Program-made: the position numbers and the translations under genes
Shown: piece after piece, positions 1-7,468 of the stretch
Position numbering within the stretch: the stretch's first letter is position 1
Layout: each line of letters opens with the position of its first letter
Notes under the pieces: generated by a model
The model's database searches: none
What the model saw: only the letters and a program-made list of their open reading frames with translations
Told to the model about the DNA's origin: nothing
Source: a virus
Taxonomy: Duplodnaviria > Caudoviricetes
DNA length: 61,639 bases
Virus record (IMG/VR): IMGVR_UViG_3300045141_000205
Span: 1-61,639 of that record
Reading direction: 5' to 3' (one strand)

Positions 1-2
1 CC

Positions 3-887
3 CTGGTACATGAAGTCCATGACGTCTTTTTGGTCCATCCCACCCCGGAGCCGCGCCGAGTCCGGGGTGAACCCCAGCGCCCGGGTGCTCTTGTAGGCCT
101 GTGACGCCTCATCCCCGCTCCAGTTCAACCCGTAGCCGACGAACGGGAGTTTCGACCACTCCTCACCGATCCGGGCGCCGAAGGCCTCCATGTGGCTGTC
201 GGCACCACCCATGCGCCGGTAGTAGTTGTTCTTGTTGATCTGGGACTGGTACTCGTTGCGGAGCGAGTTGGCGACGCTGAGCACCGGGGACTTGCTCTCT
301 GCCCAGTTGAAGACACGGCTGGACAGCCCGTGGCCGGGAGCGCCGACCAGGCTCATGGACTGGGAGCCACCACCCCTACCGCCGCCGCGACCACGACCCC
401 CACGACCTCCACCACTACCGCCGTCATCATCGCCCCCATCACCACCGTCATCATCACGACCGGGGGTCAGACCTACACCACCATCCCCCGTAGTCCGAAC
501 GCCTCCGGCTGGCGGGGCAGAGGGACCCAAGGCTGATGACAGACCAGAGCGAAGACGGGTCGTCCAGCGAGGGGAGCCCTGGTCGGCATCTCCCTCAGCA
601 TCCGGGGCATTGGAGGAGGTCTGTCCAGCCGTCGGGTCGCCCTGCGCCCTGCGCCCGCCGTCGGTCACCAGCCTGTTGTCGCCGCTGGGGGTCTGGACCG
701 ACGTGGTCTGGCCCACGGTGGCCGAGCGCTTGCCTGCACTCGGCTGCTTCTCGGTGTCCCCGATCAGGGCGGCGTGGATGTTGGTGAGCACGGTCTTCTG
801 CTCGTCGAGGGCCTCGACGATCTTCTCCAGGGGCTTCAACCCGTTGACGATCTTGGTGCCGAGGTCGAGGTTCTCGGGGTCGGCCAT
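3..887 (-). CDS. Tape measure protein, N-terminal part (runs off the window)
   Basis: Not in the ORF track because it has no stop in the window. ATG at 887 overlaps the upstream TGA (TGATG). Reads MADPENLDLGTKIVNGLKPLEKIVEALDEQK..., Gly-rich, open to the edge, directly after the frameshifted chaperone pair. Confidence 0.75.
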   Translation of the reverse strand, partial: MADPENLDLGTKIVNGLKPLEKIVEALDEQKTVLTNIHAALIGDTEKQPSAGKRSATVGQTTSVQTPSGDNRLVTDGGRRAQGDPTAGQTSSNAPDAEGDADQGSPRWTTRLRSGLSSALGPSAPPAGGVRTTGDGGVGLTPGRDDDGGDGGDDDGGSGGGRGGRGRGGGRGGGSQSMSLVGAPGHGLSSRVFNWAESKSPVLSVANSLRNEYQSQINKNNYYRRMGGADSHMEAFGARIGEEWSKLPFVGYGLNWSGDEASQAYKSTRALGFTPDSARLRGGMDQKDVMDFMYQ

Positions 888-1327
888 CAGTGCCACTCAC
901 CCGGTCCCTGGAGGTCCTTCTCAGGCACGTCCACCCGGTCATCGGCCATGAACCTCTGGAGCAGGCTCAACTCGTCCTCAGACATCTCCGAGGGCGCCTG
1001 CCACTCCACTGCGGAGTAGTCGGCCTCGTCCAGTTCCTCCTCGTCCAGCGCATCCAGCCCCTCGGTGGTATCGACCACCTCTCCCGGAGCCTGGGGGAAG
1101 TAGTCGGCGTAGACCTGCTGCGGGTCGACCCCGGCAGAGATCTGGGCCAGCCGGAACTCCTCCACCAGGTGGTGGCCCTTGTCGAGGTTGTCCTGGCGGT
1201 GGAGCAACTCCACACCGATCGCCTGTACCACCGAGAGCCTCCTCCCTTGCAGCAGTCCTCTCCGCTCGGCAAGCCTCAGTCGGTATTCGAGCCAGTCGTC
1301 GAGCCCGTTAGGGCGGATGCTTTTCCC
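887..1327 (-). CDS. Tail assembly chaperone, -1 frameshift extension (lambda gpGT-like)
   Basis: The -1 frame from G GGA AAA (1327-1321) reads GKSIRPNGLDDWLEYRLRLAERRGLLQGRRLSVVQAIGVELL..., in frame with ORF 887..1231. Confidence 0.8.
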   Translation of the reverse strand, partial: GKSIRPNGLDDWLEYRLRLAERRGLLQGRRLSVVQAIGVELLHRQDNLDKGHHLVEEFRLAQISAGVDPQQVYADYFPQAPGEVVDTTEGLDALDEEELDEADYSAVEWQAPSEMSEDELSLLQRFMADDRVDVPEKDLQGPGEWH

Positions 1328-1911
1328 ATCGCATCCACGACCTTGGCGGTCTTCTCCTCCAGTGCCAGGTACTCGTTGTAGGCCTGGTCGATGGTGAACT
1401 GGAACCAGTTGTTCTTCACGTAGTTGAACCGCATCTCCGACCAGGAGAAGTCGTCCTTGTCGATCCCGTACGGCAGCGGCAGCCGCTCCCCGTCCACGGT
1501 CTCAGTGGCCATCGCCACGATCGCGGTCCGGTAGGCCAGGCCCTGGCCCAGGGAGTCGTCGTAGGCCCTGGTGAGCCGGGTGACCGCCAGCAGTTCGTCC
1601 ACGTTGAGGGTGCGGACGATGAAGGTGTGCCCCAGCCAGGAGAAGGTCTTGGACAGGGCGCCCACGAACGCCAGCCCGATGAAGTCGTCGCGGTACTTCT
1701 CGTCGAACCCCGGCAGCGGGTTGCCCTCGTCGTCGTGCAGCGTCGTCGGGGACGTCGACTCCCGGGTGATGGCGGTGGGGTCGTAGGCGCCATAGCCCTC
1801 GATGGGCTCCGGTGACGGCTCCGGAGTCGGCGGCGGGTCGAACGCGAACAGCGGTGGCTCGGGCTCGTTGTACTCGTCCTCCAGACCCTCGGGCAGATCG
1901 GTGTCGGACAT
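1276..1911 (-). CDS. Tail assembly chaperone (lambda gpG-like)
   Basis: AGGAGA RBS before ATG at 1911 (MSDTDLPEG...). Lies between tail tube and tape measure; ends ...DAMGKASA... over the slippery site. Confidence 0.8.
   Translation of the reverse strand: MSDTDLPEGLEDEYNEPEPPLFAFDPPPTPEPSPEPIEGYGAYDPTAITRESTSPTTLHDDEGNPLPGFDEKYRDDFIGLAFVGALSKTFSWLGHTFIVRTLNVDELLAVTRLTRAYDDSLGQGLAYRTAIVAMATETVDGERLPLPYGIDKDDFSWSEMRFNYVKNNWFQFTIDQAYNEYLALEEKTAKVVDAMGKASALTGSTTGSNTD
1321..1327 (-). other. Programmed -1 frameshift slippery heptamer GGGAAAA
   Basis: ATG GGA AAA in the correct X XXY YYZ phase near the end of the chaperone gene. Confidence 0.85.
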
Positions 1912-1934
1912 GGCTCTCCTCGACGGCGTACGAC

Positions 1935-2447
1935 TCAGCGGCTCGTGTTCAACGGCTTGGTGTGGGTGTAGGCGACAGTGATGCCCTTGGTGACGGCCAG
2001 GGCTCCCACCGTCACCGTGTCGCCGTCGTTGATGTCGACGACGGTGCAGTTGATGTACCGCTTGCCTCGCCACTGGTTGGGCTTGTTCTCGGTGCCGGGC
2101 GGTCTGATGATCGAGGTGCAGGTGACGTACGACGGACGGTCGGCCAGCCGGTCGAAGATCTCGACGAGGTTGTAGGTGCCCTTGAGCCCGACCAACTGCT
2201 CCCACACGGCGGTGTTCCACAGTTCCCGGATGGTCAGCATCAGGGTGCCGCCCTGGAGCACGCGGCTGGTGGCGATCTCGATCGGGTGCCGGTGCCCGAG
2301 CGGGTGGATGAACTGGTAGGGCTGGCCGAGGTCGGAGAAGGCTCGCTGGCCCGAGTCCTCGATGCCCTCGCAGAACGCGATCGGCTTGTGCTCGTACTCG
2401 AACGTGGTGTATCCGGAGCCAACTACCCGGACCTTGGTTTGCGGCAT
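1935..2447 (-). CDS. Tail tube protein
   Basis: 170 aa, beta-rich, immediately downstream of the sheath gene. Confidence 0.75.
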   Translation of the reverse strand: MPQTKVRVVGSGYTTFEYEHKPIAFCEGIEDSGQRAFSDLGQPYQFIHPLGHRHPIEIATSRVLQGGTLMLTIRELWNTAVWEQLVGLKGTYNLVEIFDRLADRPSYVTCTSIIRPPGTENKPNQWRGKRYINCTVVDINDGDTVTVGALAVTKGITVAYTHTKPLNTSR

Positions 2448-2460
2448 TGCTCAGTCCTCC

Positions 2461-4005
2461 TCAGACCAGGACTTGCTCTTCGGCGGGCGTGACCGCTCCG
2501 GTGGAGAGGTCCATGGTGAAGCCGATGGTGATGTAGTTCAGCGGCAGCATCGGACGGTAGGTGAACAGGCACTCGATCACCGTCGGATCACCGCCCGGCG
2601 CAGCCTGTTGGCGGGCCAGCACGTCCAGGTACTCGATGATCAGGCCGTCGGCGACCACCGACTCCAGGACGGAGACGACCACCGACTTGACCCGGGTGGT
2701 CATGAGTTCGTCGATCGGGTCGCCGATGAGTTGGGCGGCGATCATGGCCTCGGACATCATCTGGTGCAGCAGGTCGTTGACGCGGGTCAGGCTGACCTCA
2801 CGGGTGGACAGGTCGGTCATGTCGGTGGTCACCCCGTGGCGGCAGACCAGGGCGCTGGTGCGGCCCAGTTCGGAGACCGCGACCCCCGAGGCGGACAGGG
2901 AGTTCTTGGTCGCCATGTCCATCTCGGACCGAAGCGCCTCGGGGATGCCGAGGAACCCGTAGACCGTCTGCTGGGTGAGCCCCCGGTTGACGTCGTTGGC
3001 GGCCAGCACCCCGGCGTACGCCGCCGCCAGGTAGGTACCGCCGATCTCGGTGGACTGGCCGAGGGAGGCGTTGAAGAAGTTCAGCCGGGGCGGGTAGGCC
3101 AGGATCACCCGGCTGGACTTGGTGCCCTGGGCCAGGCTCTGGTGGGTCACGAGGTCCACGCCCGGCTGGTCCATCACCGTGTCCCCGCCGACCAGCGCGA
3201 TCCGCCCGTAGCCGAGGGCGGACTGGGACTCGCAGTGCGCCCGGACGTCGGAGATCATGCTCAGCAGGGAGGTCCGGTAGGTCACGTCGTCGACCCCCAT
3301 GCTCTTCTGGTCGAAGACCGGCACGATCATCGTGTGGGAGTAGGACAGCGACAGGTTCTGGTAGGCCTCGACGAACCTCTGCTGGTAGGTCTCACCCGTG
3401 GTGATCGGCTCCAGGGCCTGGCAGATCACGGTGCCCGCCCCGTTCGCAAAGGCGATCCGGGTAGCCAGCGACAGCGGGCTGTTCACCTGGCTGCTGGCAC
3501 TGCTGTTCCCGGCGACCGAGGCGGTGGGCAGCACATCGACCATCGCCGGGCCGTAGGTCTGCTCGACCACGGTGTAGTCGTCGAACGCCTTCGGTGCGAA
3601 GTAGAACTCGTCGGTGTAGGCATAGGAGACCGTGACGATCTCGCCCTCCATCACCTTCGGGGTGCCCGGCCTCCACGCGATGGTGGTGGTGCCCTGCGGG
3701 GCACTCGGGGTGGTGCCCCGGACCAGGAGGTAGTCCGCGTTCTGGATCAAGGTCTCCCCGTGGAACGTGGTCACCGTGAGGTTCGGGATGTCGTCAGCAG
3801 TCCCGTCCGGAAGGATGCCGCTCTTGACCAGTGCCACCGGGATGGTGTTCAGGGCCACGGCCTGTGTGTAGGTCTGGTACCCGCGTGCGAAGCCCACGAT
3901 CGAGACCGTGGCCGTGGGGATGCCCAGGGTGCCGAAGAGCCCCTGTACGTCCGATGCCTCTACATAGACCCCGGGCGGGGTGTACTGCGAAAAGTCGATC
4001 GCCAC
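2461..4005 (-). CDS. Tail sheath protein
   Basis: 514 aa with N-terminal YTPPGVYVE, YLAAAYAG and C-terminal FTYRPMLPLNYI, typical of contractile sheath proteins. Confidence 0.9.
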   Translation of the reverse strand: MAIDFSQYTPPGVYVEASDVQGLFGTLGIPTATVSIVGFARGYQTYTQAVALNTIPVALVKSGILPDGTADDIPNLTVTTFHGETLIQNADYLLVRGTTPSAPQGTTTIAWRPGTPKVMEGEIVTVSYAYTDEFYFAPKAFDDYTVVEQTYGPAMVDVLPTASVAGNSSASSQVNSPLSLATRIAFANGAGTVICQALEPITTGETYQQRFVEAYQNLSLSYSHTMIVPVFDQKSMGVDDVTYRTSLLSMISDVRAHCESQSALGYGRIALVGGDTVMDQPGVDLVTHQSLAQGTKSSRVILAYPPRLNFFNASLGQSTEIGGTYLAAAYAGVLAANDVNRGLTQQTVYGFLGIPEALRSEMDMATKNSLSASGVAVSELGRTSALVCRHGVTTDMTDLSTREVSLTRVNDLLHQMMSEAMIAAQLIGDPIDELMTTRVKSVVVSVLESVVADGLIIEYLDVLARQQAAPGGDPTVIECLFTYRPMLPLNYITIGFTMDLSTGAVTPAEEQVLV

Positions 4006-4040
4006 TGGAAGCCTCCAGGTGTGCTGGTCCCATGACCTGT

Positions 4041-4076
4041 CACTCCTTCGGAGGGGTCAGCGATGATTCGACAGCA
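4041..4076 (-). promoter_or_regulatory. 36-bp conserved motif, copy 1 (putative late promoter; upstream of sheath)
   Basis: TGCTGTC-N9-CTGA-N7-GAAGGAGTG. Confidence 0.75.
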
Positions 4077-4081
4077 GGTGA

Positions 4082-4753
4082 TCAGTGCCAGTCGTTGAAT
4101 CCGTTGCCGATGGCGATCCCCTCGGGAAGGTCCGCCAAGGTCTGATTGGGCATCAGCACCTCCTGGGTGACGATGATGGCCGACAGCGGAACCAGGGCGC
4201 CGGTGATGTTGTCGGAGACGAACTCCCCGATCACCTGCATGTTGATGGTCCGCTCATAGATTATTTCATCTGTACCCCAGGGAGTGCCCGGAGCAGCGGT
4301 GTTGCCCTGCGGCTCGATCTCGTCGAAGTCGAAGTTGGCGGCGATGAACTCGTTGGACTCGATGGTCTTCCGGAACCTGGACCGCTCGTGGTTCTCCTTG
4401 CCGAAGGCGAAGGTGGTCACCAGTTCGTCGTAGAGCCGGTCCCGCTCCCAGGAGGTGAGAGCGGTGACGGTGAAGGAGGCGTAGCCGGTGTACTTCCACC
4501 GGGTGTACGGCTGGAAGCCGGACGGGTACCCCGGCACCGCCCCCGGCGTCTCGTGGTACTCCTTGTGGTCCACCCCGGCCACCATCAACTTGTCGGAGTC
4601 GGTGTAGTCGACCCATACCCCCGGATATGCCATCTTCTCCACGGGGTACTCCATGCTGACGTGGACGTTGCGGAAGTCCTCCTCGGGGTAGGAGTCGTCG
4701 AAGGTGCGCTTGACGGCCTCCACCAGCAGGGTCTTCAAGGGAGCCAGATACAT
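4082..4753 (-). CDS. Tail completion/terminator-like structural protein
   Basis: 223 aa, directly upstream of the sheath gene; called from position. Confidence 0.5.
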   Translation of the reverse strand: MYLAPLKTLLVEAVKRTFDDSYPEEDFRNVHVSMEYPVEKMAYPGVWVDYTDSDKLMVAGVDHKEYHETPGAVPGYPSGFQPYTRWKYTGYASFTVTALTSWERDRLYDELVTTFAFGKENHERSRFRKTIESNEFIAANFDFDEIEPQGNTAAPGTPWGTDEIIYERTINMQVIGEFVSDNITGALVPLSAIIVTQEVLMPNQTLADLPEGIAIGNGFNDWH

Positions 4754-4762
4754 GTTTTCATC

Positions 4763-5488
4763 TCACCCTTCGTATTGAGCGCCGTGCACCCGCGAGCGCC
4801 AGCCCGAGTCCCCCACGTAGATGCGGACCGGCAGGATGCCGCCGTACTGGCAGGCCAGGGTCATCCCATTGTTCAGGAAGGACCGGGGCGCCAGGCCGGG
4901 GTGGCGCCACTTCACCCCGACGTTGCCCCGCCCGATCCTCCCGGCCACCCTGCCCGGGGTGGTGCTGGGGGCTCCGGACTCCCGGACCCCGATCCGGCCA
5001 GGGGCACCTGGGTAGGAGGCGGGCCGGTCCTCGATCACCTGGGGCTGGCCGGTCTGCTTGTTGCGGCGGTACTTGGTGATCCGCTGGCCCTTGCGGGCCA
5101 CCTTGCGGAAGATCAGCACCTCGACCACACCGGAGACCGTGGTCCGGGTCTTGGCCTTGGGGTTCTTGGCCCGCTCCATGCCGGTCGGGTCCTTGATCCA
5201 CATCGGGATCGTCTTGCCCTCCAGGTTCCACATCGTGAAGGGGTTGATCCCGTGCTCCTGGAACCACACGTAGGAGTCGGCCCAGCGGATGCCGAAGTAG
5301 TCCTTGCCGTACAGCGGCTGGAGCCGCTGGGCCGAGGCGCCGGTGGCCTTGGGCATCTTCCGCCTGGCCTCCCAGACCGCCTTGTTGGCCAGGTCCCTGG
5401 CCCGGTTCGGCTTGAGCCCGGGGATGTACATGATCATCCGGTCCGGGGTCCCGGCGATGTGCATCTCGGGGGTGAGCAGGAGACCCAT
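4763..5488 (-). CDS. Neck/tail-completion protein (HK97 gp10-like, basic)
   Basis: MPKATGAS...YVWFQEHG...HPGLAPRSFL resembles the gp10/Neck1 pattern PxxTG..YA..vE.G..HPG..prpFl. Confidence 0.55.
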   Translation of the reverse strand: MGLLLTPEMHIAGTPDRMIMYIPGLKPNRARDLANKAVWEARRKMPKATGASAQRLQPLYGKDYFGIRWADSYVWFQEHGINPFTMWNLEGKTIPMWIKDPTGMERAKNPKAKTRTTVSGVVEVLIFRKVARKGQRITKYRRNKQTGQPQVIEDRPASYPGAPGRIGVRESGAPSTTPGRVAGRIGRGNVGVKWRHPGLAPRSFLNNGMTLACQYGGILPVRIYVGDSGWRSRVHGAQYEG

Positions 5489-5850
5489 CAGCCGTCGTCC
5501 TCACCGGGGTGCCACACGTCCACGTCAATCGGCTGGCCAGCCTTGCGGGCTCCGCAGATGCGATGGTGGCCGTCGTCGATGTAGAGATCGCCATTCATGC
5601 TCACCACCGAGGGTCGTCCACCCTGCTCGGCCTGGTCCGGGTCGTAGTGCTTGATCGCCGGATGATCCGGGTCGATGTAGTGCTGGGTGGCGTACACCTC
5701 GTCATCGGGGTGAAGGGTCCACGGCTCAGGGACCTTCACTCGGGCGAACTCGTGCAGGTGGTCGTCAGCGCCCCGGGCGTAGGGAACCCCGTAGTCCTCC
5801 GGGTCGTCACCGGGGATGTGGTTGGTCGCGGTCCTCCAGAGCAGACCCAT
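5488..5850 (-). CDS. ParB/Srx-like domain protein
   Basis: ATG at 5850 with GGAGG RBS and TGATG overlap; PSVVSMNGDLYIDDGHHR motif. Confidence 0.7.
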   Translation of the reverse strand: MGLLWRTATNHIPGDDPEDYGVPYARGADDHLHEFARVKVPEPWTLHPDDEVYATQHYIDPDHPAIKHYDPDQAEQGGRPSVVSMNGDLYIDDGHHRICGARKAGQPIDVDVWHPGEDDG

Positions 5851-6074
5851 CAGGACTCCTCCTGACGCTCTTCGACCCGACTGGACTGCCAGGCGCTCAG
5901 GTGCCCAGCGATGTTGGCCCACACGCTGATGGCCACCAGGTAGGGCACCGAGTTGGCCAGGTAGAGCACGCTCACCGGGATCAGCAGGATGAAGAAGGCC
6001 ATCGCCCAGAAGTTGAAGATGCGCATGAACGTCGGGCTGGCGCCGTGGTCGATGAACGTCCTGACCTTCCCCAT
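5850..6074 (-). CDS. Small membrane protein (two hydrophobic segments)
   Basis: 74 aa; IFNFWAMAFFILLIPVSVLYLA and VPYLVAISVWANIA. Confidence 0.65.
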   Translation of the reverse strand: MGKVRTFIDHGASPTFMRIFNFWAMAFFILLIPVSVLYLANSVPYLVAISVWANIAGHLSAWQSSRVEERQEES

Positions 6075-6075
6075 G

Positions 6076-6816
6076 TCAGTCGTCGTTTCGAGGGATCAGC
6101 GGGGAGCGGATGATCTCGTACCTGGAGAAGTTCTCGGGGGTCCTGGAGCCCCGGGTCAGGATGTCGCCCAGGGCCTTCGCGGTCGGCGGGATGATGAAGG
6201 CCACCGAGGTCTCGTCCTCCTGGTTGGCCCGGGCGTGGTTGTAGCCGATCGCCATCGTGGATTGGTGCGGCACCTCGAAGCCGGTGCGCAGGGTGATCCG
6301 CTCAGGGACCCGGAGTTGGAACCGGTCCCCGGTGGCCCGGAACACGTAGTCACCCGAGCGGACCCGGAAGTCGATGGTGGACTCCACCGAGAGGTCCTGG
6401 GGGTTGGTGACGCCCCGGGGCTGCTTCTCCTCGTCCTCGTCGGCGTCGGAGAAGATCGCGGGCCGGATGATCTTGGCCTTGAAGCCGCCCTGGAAGGTGG
6501 TGCCGAAGCAGACCGGGCAGCGGTGCTCCTCGGGCTGGTTGTAGGCCTGGGCGATCTTGGACTTCACCGAGTCGCCCTGGGCGTAGCACTTGGTGCACCG
6601 GCCCACCAGGCCCTGCTCGTGGTCCCGGGCGTGCCACATCAGCACGAACATGGCGTACTCGCCCAGGGTCCACAGCGCCTGGTAGTGCCGCATCCGCTCC
6701 TGGTCGATCGCCCAGGGCTGCATGTCGCGGACGTAGTAGGACTGGGCCGTGGGGTGCTGCTGGGTCGGGTAGGTCCCGTACGGCTCCGGTCCGAACTCGG
6801 TCTGCGACATGCCCAT
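6076..6816 (-). CDS. Head closure/neck protein with CxxC pairs
   Basis: ATG at 6816 overlaps the upstream stop; RCTKCY...RCPVCFGTTFQGG; located in the neck module. Confidence 0.55.
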   Translation of the reverse strand: MGMSQTEFGPEPYGTYPTQQHPTAQSYYVRDMQPWAIDQERMRHYQALWTLGEYAMFVLMWHARDHEQGLVGRCTKCYAQGDSVKSKIAQAYNQPEEHRCPVCFGTTFQGGFKAKIIRPAIFSDADEDEEKQPRGVTNPQDLSVESTIDFRVRSGDYVFRATGDRFQLRVPERITLRTGFEVPHQSTMAIGYNHARANQEDETSVAFIIPPTAKALGDILTRGSRTPENFSRYEIIRSPLIPRNDD

Positions 6817-7130
6817 CACACCAGCATGCTCTGGACCTGGGACAGAATCTGGGAATCGGTGATCACGGCAGAGTCTGCGCCCGGGTCGTACGGCGGCGTG
6901 GCTGCGTCGTGGTCGTCCGGGTGGGTGTTCAGGGCGTACTCCCAGGCGTCGTCCCAGCCTGGGGCAGCAGCCCAGGTCCGGCGCCGCTCCAGGGTCCACC
7001 GGTCCGGGTCGTAGGGCCTCCCGGAGACCGTGTCGACGGTGTCCCCGACACCCTCACTGGCCGCACACTGGGCCACTCGGTGCTGCATGGACAGGCTGGA
7101 CGCGATCGCGTCCTGGGTCAGGTAACTCAC
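6816..7130 (-). CDS. Small protein after the fibre gene (putative fibre chaperone), paralog A
   Basis: GGAG RBS and GTG at 7130; RVAQCAASEG...GWDDAW...VITDSQILSQVQ. Confidence 0.55.
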   Translation of the reverse strand: MSYLTQDAIASSLSMQHRVAQCAASEGVGDTVDTVSGRPYDPDRWTLERRRTWAAAPGWDDAWEYALNTHPDDHDAATPPYDPGADSAVITDSQILSQVQSMLV

Positions 7131-7152
7131 GGTGGTCTCCTCGGTGTGGGCT

Positions 7153-7443
7153 CTACGGCTCAAGCGACTGTAGATGTGTGATCCGCTCCTTCACCGCCCG
7201 GGAGATGATCGCATCGGTGATCACGTCGGGGCGCTCGCCGGTGTCGGGGTTGAAGGTGGGGTTGTAGTTGAAGTTGGCGTCGGACCAGCGAGCGTCCCAC
7301 TCGTCGTCGACCGCGAGGTACCAGATCTGGTCGCGTACCCACTGGTCCGGGGCGAGGACCCCCTCCTCTGCCGCACTGGCGGTGATCCGCTTCTGGAGGC
7401 TCTCTGAGGCGACCATCTCGCGGGATGAGTTGTAGTTGGTCAT
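7153..7443 (-). CDS. Small protein after the fibre gene (putative fibre chaperone), paralog B
   Basis: AAGGAG RBS and ATG at 7443; RITASAAEEG...EWDARW...VITDAIISRAVK. Confidence 0.55.
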   Translation of the reverse strand: MTNYNSSREMVASESLQKRITASAAEEGVLAPDQWVRDQIWYLAVDDEWDARWSDANFNYNPTFNPDTGERPDVITDAIISRAVKERITHLQSLEP

Positions 7444-7468
7444 CGTTGCTCCTTCTGGTGGGTGGTCA

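Noticed and set aside
595-942. Minus-strand 115-aa ORF and nearby plus-strand Pro-rich ORFs
   Set aside because: Wrong frame; the coupled ATG at 887 opens the real tape measure frame.
4763-4798. Possible 13th motif copy (GAAGGGTGA)
   Set aside because: No TGCTGTC box at the 20-nt spacing; it is a gene end/RBS.
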